Below are positions 11,483 through 24,822 of a DNA stretch of 64,000 bases, piece by piece (within the stretch, counting starts at the first letter, position 1; each line of letters begins with the position of its first letter). Below the pieces are notes generated by a model that was given only the letters and a program-made list of their open reading frames with translations, was not told the origin of the DNA and did not search any database. The stretch lies in contig JANJGN010000007.1 in the NCBI GenBank assembly GCA_026770705.1, forward strand, positions 103,106,001-103,170,000, read 5' to 3'. The stretch is from Isurus oxyrinchus. Taxonomy: Eukaryota. The position numbers and the translations under genes were made by a program.

Positions 11483-11840
11483 TAACAACTTGCATTTATA
11501 CAGTACTTTTAATGCAGTACATCATTCCCAGGAGCTTCAAAGGAGTGTAATCAGTCAGAATATGGCACCGAACCATACGAGATATTAGGGCAGGTGATGG
11601 AGTAAAAATTTGGTCAAAGAGTTAGGTGTTGAAGAAGGACCAAGAGGTGGAGAAATTTAGGGAGAGAATTCAAGAACCTAGAATCTAAGCAGCTGAAAGC
11701 AGTTACCAATGGTGGGGCAAAGGACGCACAACCGGCTAGAACTAGAAGGACGCAGATATCTCAGAGTTGTGGGGCTGGGGGAAGTTACAGAGATAGGTAG
11801 GAGTGATGCCATGGTGGGATTTGAGAACAATGATGAAAAC
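11483..11840 (-). mobile_element. L2-type LINE 3' fragment
   Basis: aacaacttgcatttatacag tail and tttagggagagaattc…gcagctgaa; repeated at 14460-15030, 30125-30890, 37170-37530 and 61445-62035. Confidence 0.65.
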
Positions 11841-12359
11841 TATAGATCATAAAATATTTGCAGAATAAATAGTATACTCCCTAGAGGAAGGAATAGTGCA
11901 CTGAAACACACACCAACACCAATATGGCCAGTGCTGCAATCACTCACCCAACCACCACCCCCTCAAATCCACAAACATACCCCCCCCAGCCTACACACTA
12001 CCACCTATGCAGCAAATGACAATGCAGGTACAGAGCGTGCTCTGTAAGCATAATAAACTGAATTCATTAACCAGAACAGTGCATTCAAAGAATTTTGAGA
12101 TACCTAGTTGTACCTGCAAAACGTTACACATTAAAATGCTTTTACAAAGTACTCGTGAATTTAAGCATTCCTGTAAAATGTTACAATTCTGTGTGAAATG
12201 AAGTACAGGAGAAAAGAAAAGAATGTAAAACTTCGGACTTTCTCTCTGTGCTGAAGTGATGGCTCCTGCTGAAGTACAGATCCACGTTGTGTGCAGAGCT
12301 CAGTCACCTCATTCAAGGGACATCATGTCTGAAAATAGACAGAGTATTGCTATAGGAAG

Positions 12360-12695
12360 GGTATGAAAAAGAGTTGGGGATTAGGGACATGAAGGAACAG
12401 CAAGGACTGGGGAGAAAATGAAACATAAGAGAAGGAGAGGAACCAGAGAGGGAGGAAGAAAAGGAACCAAGGGTTGCAAGGGAACAATAGGGACTGGGGT
12501 GGGTCAGGGTTGGTGGGGGGAGAACACGAGGGATTGAGAAGGACTGGGAGGGCTGATGAATGGGAAGATGGGGGAGAGGGCAGGGGTGGGGAGAAAGATG
12601 ATAGAGTGTCAGGGTGGGATGGGGGTGAGGGAAGAGTCAAACGACAGGGGAGAAGAGAAACAGAAGGACAGGGGGACAAGGGATTAAAGGAGGGG
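12360..12695. repeat. purine-rich low-complexity tract
   Basis: G/A-dominated on the + strand, with repeated gggattgagg/gggactgggg units. Confidence 0.7.
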
Positions 12696-13649
12696 TCTCA
12701 CTCTTATCCTCACTTGATGCTCATACTTGGTGGCAGAGGTTACAAGGGCCTATTGCCATCTTTATCCTCTCCCAAGCCTGGCTATGGATACCTATTGTAG
12801 TACTATCAATGGTGCCTCAGCCGCGACCAATTGGAGTCACTCGTACAATACATTATGGTTCCATCACTGTCATATTTGCTGTGCTTATTCATATATATTT
12901 GGCCAATAAAGCTAACTCTATTGGATAAATTTATACAGGCCAGGATCATTTCCAATGCTGAGACATGCTCTGTCTAGCATGGTAATGGTAACTGCTCACT
13001 GCCAACCAGCATGAGAAACGGTGGACAGAGCAGGTTGGAGCCTGGGATTTTCCCACTCTGCACGACTAAGCCTCACTTCAATGCTCAAAACACATCACTG
13101 TGCAGAAAGATCCAATTCTCTCAGGGGTTCAATTCTCATGGGAGGTGCTGATGACAAGACTCCTCTTTAAGGAGCTATTTGATAATGGAGCGGTTGCCTC
13201 TCATGCTAATCCTTGGATCAGGACAAAATCCAGGCAACAATAAATGAGACTTAGAGATAAAGCAAGCTGGCTAAACTGCTAAAAGCCAGAATAGGTGACA
13301 CATGCACCCAAGCAAAAATTTAAAATGAAGTCTAAAAATAAATTTTAAAAATTAGCAATTCGGACAGGGTATTTATATGGAGCTCAGTCAGAGATCGTCA
13401 CTTCAGCACCTGTCTAATGCCAAATGCCACTGATAAGATAATGTACTCAAGTTCATTAGTTGAACACTAATAACTTTCACAGCTACACTCTGAGCAGTAA
13501 TTATCTCTTCTATCAACGGCACTTCTGCTACGATCAATCCCAATTTGGAAGCAATTTTCTCATTCTTGCAGTACCTTTGTTCTTCCCCCACTGAATACTG
13601 CACAGGACATAATGGGGGTTAGAAGTGGGCCGGAAGGAAAAATACTTGC

Positions 13650-14220
13650 ATTTTATATTGAACCTTTAGGGGCCAAAGAGGTCTTCAAAATTCTGCAAAG
13701 TTTTCTTTGGGCCGACAGAATCAGGACCATAATTTTAAAATATTCATGGATAAGTTCAATAAAGAATTCAGGAGAATGCTTCTTTACCCAGAGAGCAGTT
13801 AGAATGTGGAAGTTGATACCACATAGAGCAGTTGAGAGCTTAGATAAAAACAGAAAATACTAGAAAAACTCAGCAGGTCCAGCAGCATCTGTGGAGAGAG
13901 AAACAAGAGTGAGCATTTTGAGTCCAATATGACTCGAAATGTTAACTCTTGTTTCTCTCTCCACAGATGCTACCAGACCTGCTGACTTTTTCCTGGATTT
14001 TCTGTTTTTATTGCAGATCTCCAGCATATTGCTTTTACATTAGTTGAGAATTTAGCTGCATTTAAGAGGAAGTTAGCTCAGTACCCAAGAGTGAAAGGGA
14101 GAGAAGGATATACTGATAGAGAGTGAGATGAAGAAGGGTGGGAGGAGGCTTGTATAGAGCATTAAACCTGCACAATCCAGTTGAGCTGGATGGCCTCAGG
14201 GCTGTGCTGTAAATTCCAGG
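13650..14220 (+). mobile_element. CR1 3' fragment hosting a PLE palindrome
   Basis: gaattcaggagaatgcttctttacccagagagcagttagaatgtggaa…gggtgggaggaggcttgtatagagcattaaac. Confidence 0.65.
13844..14041. mobile_element. palindromic PLE terminal-repeat insertion
   Basis: Inverted arms pivot on gagtc-caatat-gactc; degenerate TSD agttgagagcttag (13830-13843) / agttgagaatttag (14042-14055). Confidence 0.8.
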
Positions 14221-14459
14221 TAATATCTGTATCAAAAGGATCAAAGAATTCTTCACTTTCAAGTTGTTACTCTGGAGAGCAAACACAGCAGCCACTTTGC
14301 ACCTAATATCCCTCTGATACTAATGTGATGAGTACAAGTTAACCTCGCCTTGATGATGTTGGCTGAAATGCCTGGAAAACTGCCTGTTCTTTGAATGGGA
14401 TCTTTGAATAATTATCCAACAGTAACTTAGACACAGCCATTGGAAAACACCCCATGGCT

Positions 14460-15030
14460 CAATCAGACAAAAATGGACGGTAAGACAAAGGAGCACTTAT
14501 TTAGAAGCGGGTGATCAATAGTTGCTCAGAGATGCTTATTGAGGAATATCTTAACAGAAGGGGCAAAGGTCAATGAGGGATTGGGGTTTAAAGCAGGAAT
14601 TCCACAGTGTGGGGCCTGGGCAGCATGGTCACCAATTGTTGGTCACCTGCTCCTAAATGTAGGAGGAAGAATGTGTAAGAGGTCAGAGTCTGAGAAATGG
14701 AAGGGTCTGGGCGAGGCGTGGAGGGGTTTTTAGAGCTGAAGGGAGTTACGCAAATGGGATGGAGCAAGGGCATAAGAGGATTTAAACACGAGGATGAGAA
14801 TTTGAAATTGGACGAGCTGGGTACTGGGAGGCAATGTGGGTGAACAGGAGAGGGGTAGGCAGGATCTGGTGCAGGGTCGGGTACATGCAGCACAGTTTTA
14901 GGTGAGATCAAGTTACAGGGTATGGGTGATGAGATGTCACCCAGAAGAGCAGTGCAACAGTCAGGACTGGAGGTGACAATGACGTGAATGCAGCTAGGGT
15001 GAGGATGGGTGGAGCAGGTGATGATACAGA
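14460..15030 (-). mobile_element. L2-type LINE fragment
   Basis: ggatttaaacacgaggatgagaatttgaaattgga motif shared with the other L2 copies. Confidence 0.6.
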
Positions 15031-15374
15031 AGTAGAAGTAGTAGGTCTCTGATTATGAAAAGAAAATAAGGTTGGAAAGCTCAGGGGCAAATAGAATGCT
15101 GGAGGTTGTCAACGGTTTGCTTCTAGATGATTTAATGGCACAAATAGAGGTAAATTGGTATGATCTAATTGCCACCATGAAAACATGGCTACAGGATGAC
15201 CAAGACTGGGAACTTAATATTTCCTGATATTTAATATTTAGAAGGGACAGGCAAAATACTGATAATAAGGATGGGATCAGTAGGGAATAAGGGAGTATCT
15301 CAGATTGGGAGAACAAAATGTGGAATTGGTTCAGATGGAGCTATGAAACAGCAAAGGGTAGCAATAAGAGATAA

Positions 15375-15950
15375 TCTAACCATCGCCCCATACATTCAAT
15401 TGCTTTACCATCGCTGAATCCCCCTATAGCAAAATCCTGGGGGTTACCATTGACCAAAAACTGAACTGGACTAACCATATAAATACTGTGGCTACAGGGG
15501 CAGGTCAGAGGCTAGGAATCCTGCGGCGAGTAACTCACCTCCTGACTCCCCAAAGCCTGTCCACCATCTACAAGGCACAAGTCAGGAGAGTGATGGAATA
15601 CTCCCCAATTGCCTTGATAAGTGCAACTCCCAGAACACTGAAGAAGCTTGACACCATCCAGGACAAAGCAGCCTGCTTGACTGGTACCCCATCCACATTC
15701 ACTCCCTCCACCACCGGCACACAGTAGCAGCAGTGTGTACCATTTACAAGATGCACTGCAGGAATTCACTAAGGATCCTTCGACACCGTTCCTTCACTCC
15801 TTCCTTAACAGCACTGTGGGTGTACCTACACCACATGGACTGCAACGGTTCAAGAAGGCAGCTCACTACCACCTTCTCAAGGGCAACTAGGGGTGGCAAT
15901 AAATGCTGGCCCAGCCAGCGAAGCCCACACCCTGTAAATGAATAAAAAAA
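15375..15950 (+). mobile_element. LINE family B 3' fragment nested in CR1
   Basis: GQRLGILRRVTHLLTPQSLSTIYKAQVR; tail ctcaagggcaactaggg…aataaatgctggcc…gaataaaaa. Confidence 0.85.
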
Positions 15951-16699
15951 CATTGGTGGGAATTTTTAATAGGCCAGCAAACATTAATAACATGGCACAC
16001 ACTATCACCAATCAGGAGATTAGAGAAGCATGTAGCATGGTTAATACAGTAATCATGACTTCAATCTGCATATAGGCTGGGTAAATCTAATGAGCATTAA
16101 TGCCATGGAGGATGAGTTTCAGGAGTGTGTTAGGGATGGTTTTCTGGAGTATGTTGAAGAACCGATGAGAGCACAGGCTATTTTAGATCTAGTATTGTGT
16201 AACGAGAAAGGGCTAATTAATAATCTTGTTGTTAAAGTGATAATATGATAGAATTTTACATTATGTTTGAAAGTGAGGTAGTTCAATCTGAAGCCCGGGT
16301 GTTAAATTTGAACAAAGGAAATTATGAAGGTATGAGGGGCAAATTGGCTGAGGTAGATTGGGAAAATACGTTAAAAGGTATAACAGTACATAGGCAATGG
16401 ATAGTTTTTAAAGAATTATTACATGGTTTACAGCAATTATACATTCCTTCAAGGCACAAAAACCCAAAAAGAAAAATCAGTCAACCATGGCTAACAAAGG
16501 AAGTTAAGGATTGTGCAGGATTAAAAGAAAAAGGTCTATAAAGTTGCCAGAAATAGTGGTAAACCGGAGGATTGGGAGCATTTTAGAATACAGCAAAGGA
16601 GGACAAAGAAAGTGATAAAGAAAGGGAGAATAGAATATGAATGTAAACTAGCAAACTTAAAAACAGACAGTAAAAGCTTCTATGGCAATGATAAAAAGG

Positions 16700-17800
16700 A
16701 AATAAAAATAGCAAATGCTGGAAAAACTTAGTAGGTTTGGCAGCATCTGCGGAGAGAGGAACAGAGTTAACGTTTGAATCCGTGTGACTTCTTCAGAGCT
16801 AAAGAGAGGTAGAAATATGATGGATTTTATACTGTTTAAGACGGAGCAAAAATGGAAGGTCAAAAATAGGTGAGAGCTCAGGAGGGATTGGGCAAAGATG
16901 TCATGGTCACAGGACGAAGGGAACGTTAATGATAGTGTTAAAGACTAAAGAAGATGCAACAAGGGTCAATACTCTGAGAAAGCAAAGCATAAGAACAAGT
17001 GATGAATGGCCCTGTGAGTGGCGGCGGATGGGGGGGCAGGGGAAAGGGGGAAAAATTGGATTAAAAAAAGCGATCAGGATGCACGAGAGAGTTCATGGTT
17101 TGAATTTATAGAACTCAAAAATGTTAAGTGCAGAAAGCTGTAAAGTGCCCAATCCTCCAGTTTGCATTGGGCTTCACTGGAACATTGCAGCAGGCCAAGG
17201 ACAGACATGTGGGCATGAGAGCAAGATGGTGAATTGAAATAGCGAGTGACAGGAAGGTCCTGGTTATGCTTGTGGACTGAGCAAAGGTGTTCTGCACTTA
17301 ACGCTGAATTCAACAAGTCCAGGCCATGAACTCTCTCCTCCATCTTGACCCCTTTTTTAATTCATTTTTCTTCCCCAACCTCCCTCATCCTGCCAATCAC
17401 CACAGAGCTGTCACTTGTTCTTACTTTTGCTTTCACAGAGCACTGATCATTGTCCTGCTATTAACGTATTCTCATGTCTTACCTTTATGCCACTATCAGC
17501 ACCTGCTTTAACCCTTACCACTGCCATTAACACTCCCTTTGTCTTGTGTCCATGACACTTGTCAATCTCTCCTTAGCTGTCACCTTTCCCTGACTTTCTA
17601 TCGCGTTCCACCTACTCCACCCCATCTTAAACTGTATAAAATTCATCACATTTCTACCCCTCTTTAACTCTAAAGAGTCATATAGACTCAAAACGTTAAC
17701 TCTGTTTCTTTCTCCACAGATGCTGCCAGACCAGCTGAGTTTTTCCAGCATTTTCTGTTATTATTTCAGATTTCCAGCAACTACAGTACTTTGCTTTTAT
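16700..17800. mobile_element. head-to-head PLE insertion (about 1.1 kb) nested in CR1
   Basis: Minus-strand arm 16700-17295 includes the GIY-YIG C-terminus (HLCSVHKH…FNSPSCSHAHMSVLGLLQCSSE). Plus-strand arm 17295-17800. Both tails point outward. Confidence 0.8.
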
Positions 17801-19654
17801 ATTATTGTAAAAATGAAATGCTTGGCTAAGAGGCCATTACATTAATGTAGGGCCATTACAGGAAGAGTCTGGAGATTTTATAATGGGGAATAGTGAAATG
17901 GCAGAGACACTCAACTTTGTGTCTGTCTTCACTAAGGAAGAAACGAGAAATCTACCAGAATTAGAGATCCAAGGGACTAGGGTGAATGAGGAATTTAAGG
18001 AAATTAGTATTAGTAAAAAAGTTGTAGTGGAGAAATCAATGGGACTGAAGATTGATAAGTCCCTGGGACCTGATTTTCACATCAAGTGTTGAAGGAGGTA
18101 ACAATGGATGCATTGGTGATCATCTTCCAAAATTCTATAGATTCTGGAATGGTTCCTGCAGATTGGAAAGTTGGAAATGTCATCACAATATTTAAGAAGG
18201 GAAGGAGAGAGAAAGCCGGGAACCATGGACCTGTTAGCCTTACACTAGTAATAGGAAAATGCTGGAATCTGTCATAAAGGATGTGATGAATGGACACTTA
18301 AGTAATAATAGTCTAATTGGGCAAAGTCAGCATGGATTTATGAATGGGGAATCATGTTTGACAAACCTGTTGGGAGATCTTTTGAGGATGTTACTAACAA
18401 AATTGATAAAGGGAGCCAGAAGACTTAGTGTACTTGGTTTTCAGAAGGCTTTCAATAAAGTCTCCCACAGGAGGTTGGTGAGCAAAATTAAAGGACATGG
18501 GATAGGAGGCAATATACTGGCATGGATTAAGGATTGGTTAATAGGTAGAAAACAGAGAGTAGGGATAAATGGATCATTCTCACGTTGGCAGGCTATGACT
18601 AGTGGGGTATCGTAAGGATCAGTGCTTGGGCCCCAGCTGTTCACAATATATATCAATGATTTGGATGTGGGGGCCAAATGTAATATTTCCAAGTTCACGG
18701 ATGACGCAAAGCTAGGTGGAAATATGTGCTGTGAGGAAAATGCAAAGCTGTTTCATGGGGATTTGAATAGACTTAAGTGAGTGGGCACAAACATGGCAGA
18801 TGGAATATAATGTGGAAAAACGTGAGGTTATCCACATACAAGGTAGGTGGAACAGATGTGGAGTATTTCTTAAATGGTAAGAGATTAGAAAGTGTAGATG
18901 TACAAAGGGACTTGGGTGTCTTTGTCAATAAGTCACTGAAAGCTAACATGCAGGTGTAGCAAGCAATTAGGAAGGCTAATGGTATGCTGTTATTTATTGC
19001 AAGAGGATTTGAGTACAGCAGTAGTGAAATCTTGCTTCAATTGTATAGAACCTTTGTTAGACTGCACCTGAAGTAGTGCGTGCAGTTTTGGTCCCTTTAC
19101 CTTAGGAAGGATATTATTACCATAGAGGGAGTGCAACGAATGTTCACCAGACCAACTCCTAGGATGATGGGACTGTCCTATGAAGAGAGATTGGGGAAAT
19201 TGGGCCTGTATTCTCTAGAGGTTCAAAGAATGAGAGGTGATTTATTTGAAACCTACAAAATGCTTAAAGAGATAGACAGGGTAGATGCTAGTAAGATGAT
19301 TTCCCTGGTTGGGGAATCTAGAACCAAGGGACACAATTTCAAAATAAGGGGGAAGCCATTTAGTACCGAGATGAGGAGAAACTCAGAGGGTTGTGAATCT
19401 TTGGAATTCTCTACCCCAGAGGACCGTGGAAGCTCAGTCATTGAGTGTGTTTAAAACAGAGTTTGACAGATTTCCAAATACAAATAACATTAAGGGATAT
19501 GGGGATAGTGTGGGAAAAAGGTATTGACGTGGATGATCGGCCATGATCGTACTGAGTGTCGGAGCAGGCTCGATGGGCTGAATGGCCTACTCTTGCTCCT
19601 GTGTTCACTGTGAGAGAGCAGACAGTGAATGGGAATGGAATTGATGGTCAGTGT

Positions 19655-19790
19655 ACTGTGTGCGGGCGTGTGTGTACGTGCGTGTGCGTGTGTGCGTGCG
19701 TGTGCGCGAGAGAGAGAGAGACAGAGTGCAAGGGTGTGAGCATGCATATGATTGAGTGCGCATGCGACTGAGTTCATGTGTGAATGAGTG
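19655..19790. repeat. (GT/GC)n and (GA)n microsatellite
   Basis: tgtgtgcgggcgtgtgtgtacgtgcgtgtgcg…gagagagagagaga. Confidence 0.85.
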
Positions 19791-21549
19791 CAAGTCTCGC
19801 TTTCTCTCTCAATTGGGCAGAGAGTCCATGTTTGCTCTGTGAAGAGTACCTAGAGCAGGGAGACTGATTATGTAAGACCAATCACTTCCCCTTTTGCAGG
19901 AACTTCAGCTCCATGAAGAAGCTAGTTTGGAAAGACGCTGTGTACCTCTGTTTATTGTTATAAGGGCTGTAGAGGAGGTGTCGATAAAAGCATAAGAATT
20001 GCTCGATGAGAAAAGACCATGGTTCATCTAGTTTGCCTTCTGCCATCTTGGCAGTTGAAAGATAATGGGAGTTGTTGACTAATCACAGTAATCAATCCCT
20101 GTTATTCTAGAACAGACTCAGACATGAGGTGAGGAAAACCCCAGTGGTGGAGTGCTTTGGGAATCATTGGTCCGAAATCACCTGTTCCTCCCAAGTATGC
20201 TGCACTTACCATATATCAACTCTCAAATTATACATATGCTGCATCCAAAATTGTTATTTCTGAAATAAATCTAATTTGCATTTGAATGAATCAATACAAA
20301 TTGCTTCCATCATCTCCCTAGGCAGCAGGTTCCACGGATTGATCACTCGCTCATTCAAACATTATTTTCACAGATTAGCTTTAAAATTAGCTCCCTTCAA
20401 GCACAGGTCACATCCTGCACCCAATATATAACCAGCAGTAACACAGCACCTCTCATAATGATCCATTCTGGTTACAGCCAACCTGTAACTCCATCCAAAT
20501 GGCCATTTATTCACAGATTGCAAACGTAAGCAAACTACTTGATCACAGAAGCATCGCTAATAAGCCTTGAGGTCCATAACTGTGTATTGGCAGATGATGG
20601 GTGCAGAAAACTGGGGAAAAGAAAAATCAAAAGCCACCCAAAACCTTCCAACCTAAAATGCAAGATTAATGATATGCTCCATCCTTGAATCAAACAAATC
20701 ACCAAAATTAAAGGGAAATAGATATTGCCAACCCTGCACCACTGAACAAGGTTATTGTGGTAACAAGCTTGTAACAACCACATTTTCAGACTGAAAGTGA
20801 GCTGAGCTATCACTGTGGATCAAACAGTTTAATTTATTTTTATGCTCAATAGAGTAATCAGGATCAGATAGGGTCAAACTGTTCATCACTGCCAGTCAAA
20901 TAATACAAGGAGCTTGGGGAAATGGAAACGGGAGGGGTGGGGTGGTCTTTAAAATTATGAAGGGATTTGACATGGTTGATATTGGGCAAATGTTGCCATT
21001 TACGAGAAATTAAACACTAGGGATCATAAATATAAGATAGCTACTAATAAATCCAGTAAGGAATTAAAGGGACACTTCTTTAACCAGAGAGTGGTGAGAA
21101 TGTGGAACTTGCTACCACAAGTAGTTGAGGCAAATAGCACAGATGTATTTAAGGGGAACATTAGTTAGTACCAGGGAGAATAGGAGTATAAATCAGTGGG
21201 GCAAAGTGGACTAAGGTGGGAGGAGATTTTTGTGCAATGTTTCCTCAAATTTATTTTTAGAGTATGCAGGTGATTTATTTGTGAGGGCACAACTGCGCAC
21301 ACACAGTAACTTAAAGCAGCTAATTTGTACATGGTCTGCTTGGGTCTATACAACATATATAGCACCCCCCACCCTCCGCATATAACATATAAAATCCAGA
21401 GGGGTCCTAACAGGGTGGATGTGGAAAGGATGTTTCCTCTTGTGGGAGAATCTAGGACTAGGAGTCACTGTTTAAAAATAAGGGGTCACCATTTAGGACA
21501 GAGATGAGGAGAACTTATTGCTCTCAGAAGGTCGTGAGTCTTTGGGACT

Positions 21550-22206
21550 AGGCTAGCTTGAATTCAAAAGAAGGATTGAAATATTACACCTAACCAGCAG
21601 AAGTTTAGAAACTGTGTTTATTTTTCCCTAAAGATCACTGGTAAAATTGGTACTGTGATAAATTTTTATGATCAAGGAAGTAAAGTCCAAAGACAGAGAG
21701 TGAAACAATGGGAATTTGCATTCAAAAGGGAAGTATGTACAAAGGAGAGAAGACTGTGCGTAAAGGCAGGCATTTTAAGATCTAACAAAGGTGAAAAGCC
21801 TTCAGCATCTATGCCTCATGCTGCTTTCTAAAATGGACTGAAGTTAAGAAAACTCACTTTGAATTGGATTGCTCAGGGTATCATTTCTTTGCCTGGGTCT
21901 TTTAAAATCAATGCGTCTTACTGTTGCCTTAACAGAGCTGTAACTGGGAGTCAGATTAATTAGGGGATTTAGAAGTTATTATAGTAGTAATTTGTAGATA
22001 TATGTATGTGCTCAAAATCATTTCTCTTATTAAAAAATGTTTAATCTAGTTTTGTGAAAACCTAGAAGGCTTGGTGGTCTTATTACTACTGAATTCAAAG
22101 CCCACATCGCAAAACATACAAATTGCAAAAATAGTTGTGGCAGTTTTCTCAAGTTTCTCTCTGAGATTTGAATAATTCAGCATTTACCATTGACTGTGCC
22201 ATAACA
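21550..22206 (+). mobile_element. solo LTR-like element (copy 3, 5' incomplete, diverged)
   Basis: Shares gggaatttgcattcaaaaggg, ggtggtcttatt.ctgaatt and the terminal cataaca with the other two copies. Confidence 0.6.
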
Positions 22207-22774
22207 CTGCTCCTATTTCATGTCTTCATATGTTGATTTTCGGATTGCTGCACAGCTTACAGGGAACATTGGTTGTGTGGAGCATAAACGTTGACATAGA
22301 CTAATGGGCTGAATGGCCTATATCTAGGCTGTAAATTCTAGGTAAAACAACCAGGCAGCTCCATTGTTTATGGCTATTTCAGGGAGTGTCTATTGACATT
22401 GTGGGTGGACTTCACTGTAGTTGTATCAAGCATCATGGATTCCTCCTGGTTGTATCATGCTATCCCTGCATCCTCATGTCCAGGCTTGGCCTGCAGATAT
22501 CTGCATGGATAGTTTGGGTAAAATAACTAAGTCTTTTCTTTTTAAACAGGCATAAAATGTGTCTTTTTTCTATTTCTTGATATCTCCTGCCACACACCAC
22601 CATAAGCAAGCTGTCAAAAGTCACTGAGTGAATTTTGAACTCATGTTGAAATAGACACCTACACACCTGCTGTATAAATATGCACAACATCATATTTTTC
22701 CAATTTAGCATCTCAATGAAATAAATGCTGAGAAGTCAACAGCTGAATGAGGTTAAACACATTTCCTTTGTAAG

Positions 22775-23940
22775 GTGAAGGGTTAACTTATGAGGAAAGG
22801 TTGTACAGATTGGGACTGTATCCATTGGAGGTTAGAAGAATGTGAGATGATCTTGTTGAAACATATGAGATTCTGAGGGGGCTTGACAGGGTGGATGCCG
22901 AGAGAATTTTCCCCTTGTGAGAGGGGCTAGAACTAGGAGAAACAGTTCAAAAATAAGGGGTAAAAGCAAAATACTGCGGGTGCTGGAAATCTGAAATAAA
23001 AACAGAAATTGCTGGAAAATCTCAGCATGACTGGCAGCATCTGTGGAGAGAGAAACTGAGTTAATGTTTCGAGTCTGTATGACTCCTCTTCAGAGGTCAA
23101 GATTTTATGCTGATTAAGAGGGGCTAGGGCAGGTGGAATGAGATAGCTGTCACCTATCCCTCACGTCCTAAGGGGAGATTGACAAAGATGTCATGGACTC
23201 AAGACAAAGGGAGTGTATGGTGGTGTTAAAGAGTAAAAGAGGAGCTGATAGTGGCATAAAGGTAAGATAGCAGAAGGTGCTAAAAGCAGATCGAGGGTCA
23301 GCACTCTGAAAGCAAAGCATTAAGAACAATTGTCAGGTGACCCTGTGGGGGAGGATTGGTTTGCGGAGAAAGGATAAAAGATGCTACCAGGCCTGCTGAG
23401 TTTTTCCAGCATTTTCTGTTTTTATTTCATGCTCCATCATTCGATGAGAGCATGGCTGATCTGATAATCCTCAACAAAAACAAAAATAGCTGGAAAAGCT
23501 CAGCAGATCTGACAACATTTGCGGAGAGGAATACAGTTAACGATTCAAGCCCGTATTTCCAGCATCCGCAGTATTTTGCTTTTATCTTACTGATAATCCT
23601 CAACTCCACTTTCCTGCCTTTTCCCCATAATCCTTGATTCCCTTACTGATTAAAATTCTGTCTATCTCAGCCTTGAATATATATGAGGAGAATTTTTTCT
23701 CTCTCAAGGGGTCATTAGTCTGTGCAATTCTCTTACACAGAGAGCAGTGGAGGCAGGTTCATTGGGCATTTTTAAGGCTATGTGAGATAAATTCTTGATT
23801 GATCAGGGAGTCAAAGGGTATAAGGGGTAGCTAGGAAAGTGGAGTTGAGGCCATAATCATATCAATCATGATCTTATCAAATGGTGGAGCATGCTCGAGG
23901 GTTCGAATGGCCTACTCTTGCTCCTAATTCATATGTTTGT
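22775..23940. mobile_element. nest: CR1 3' end (+) containing a PLE (22960-23430) and an inverted CR1 tail, which itself holds a PLE (23476-23589)
   Basis: CR1 text resumes at about 23683 (atgaggagaatttttt). The inner PLE is flanked by 15-bp TSD CTGATAATCCTCAAC (23461-23475, 23590-23604). Confidence 0.75.
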
Positions 23941-24323
23941 ACGCTTTTACATGCGGTGAAGCTGTGCCCCAAACTATGTACTCACAGCAGTTGTGTTAAC
24001 ATAAGGCAAACCATGACTGGAAAACAGTGAGAAGCTCGCGGCAATGGCTTGGGGCTGCAGCACAAGAAAAGAGGCGCATCTGATGGTTCAAATATATCTT
24101 AATCTTTTCTCTATTCCATTTAGGACCTGAGGACCCTCTCATTAGGCTCTAATCCTCAGTGCCCCTCATCCTTCATGTACTGATATACTTTGGTTCAACA
24201 TTGATAAGAACCAGGATTGGCTTGACATTGATGCAAACCGCAAATGGGGAACAATTGGGAATGCAAAGCGAGCCAGTTCCAATCCTGTGAGACCATACCA
24301 TGAGTGAGTTTGCAAGGCACAAC

Positions 24324-24822
24324 TCTCAGCAGCTACCGATACCAAACCTGCACCTGTAGCATTCTGCTTTTAAAGGAGAAAGATTGTTGTGTTGGATAAA
24401 TTGAAATCTGATGTATTTTATCCACACTGTGTATGTTTGCTTACTCAGTGCATCTTTCTGTATATCAATTGGGAGAATATTAGCTCAGCTCAAAATATTG
24501 GTTAACATTGAACATTATGCCTTTCTGATTGTTGCCTTCCAAGGTTTTACCCCTCCACTCCCCCAACCTTTCTGATTATTCCATTCAGCTTTGAATCTTT
24601 ACAAGGCACAACTGGAGAGAATAAGAGGCCAAAGATAATTTTAAACCATGCATCAAGCTGCCTTTAACTCCCATTTCCAATGTCAGCGGAGAAGTAAAGT
24701 GTTCAGTCATCAACCTGAACAAGAACATACAAAAGTTCCATTTCCTCTGTCCAGCAACACCAGAGTTGCAGGCTCCATGTTTCTCAGCAGCTAACGATAT
24801 CAAACCTGTACCTGTAGCATTC
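24324..24822 (+). repeat. 41-bp direct repeat pair (24324-24364, 24782-24822)
   Basis: tctcagcagctaccgataccaaacctgcacctgtagcattc vs tctcagcagctaacgatatcaaacctgtacctgtagcattc; 3 mismatches. Confidence 0.85.

Larger units (their letters stand above)
15125..19606 (+). mobile_element. CR1 LINE ORF2 (APE + RT), degenerate, with nested LINE-B and PLE
   Basis: ORF pieces NLNKGNYEGMR, QHGFMNGESCLTNL, FQKAFNKVSH, GSVLGPQLF, YEERLGKLGLYSLE; 3' end gggctgaatggcctactcttgctcct. Confidence 0.9.

Noticed and set aside
12308-12328. Possible 21-nt minus-strand microexon (ttttcag|ACATGATGTCCCTTGAATGAG|gtgact) with an in-frame stop
   Set aside because: No supporting evidence beyond short splice-like motifs.
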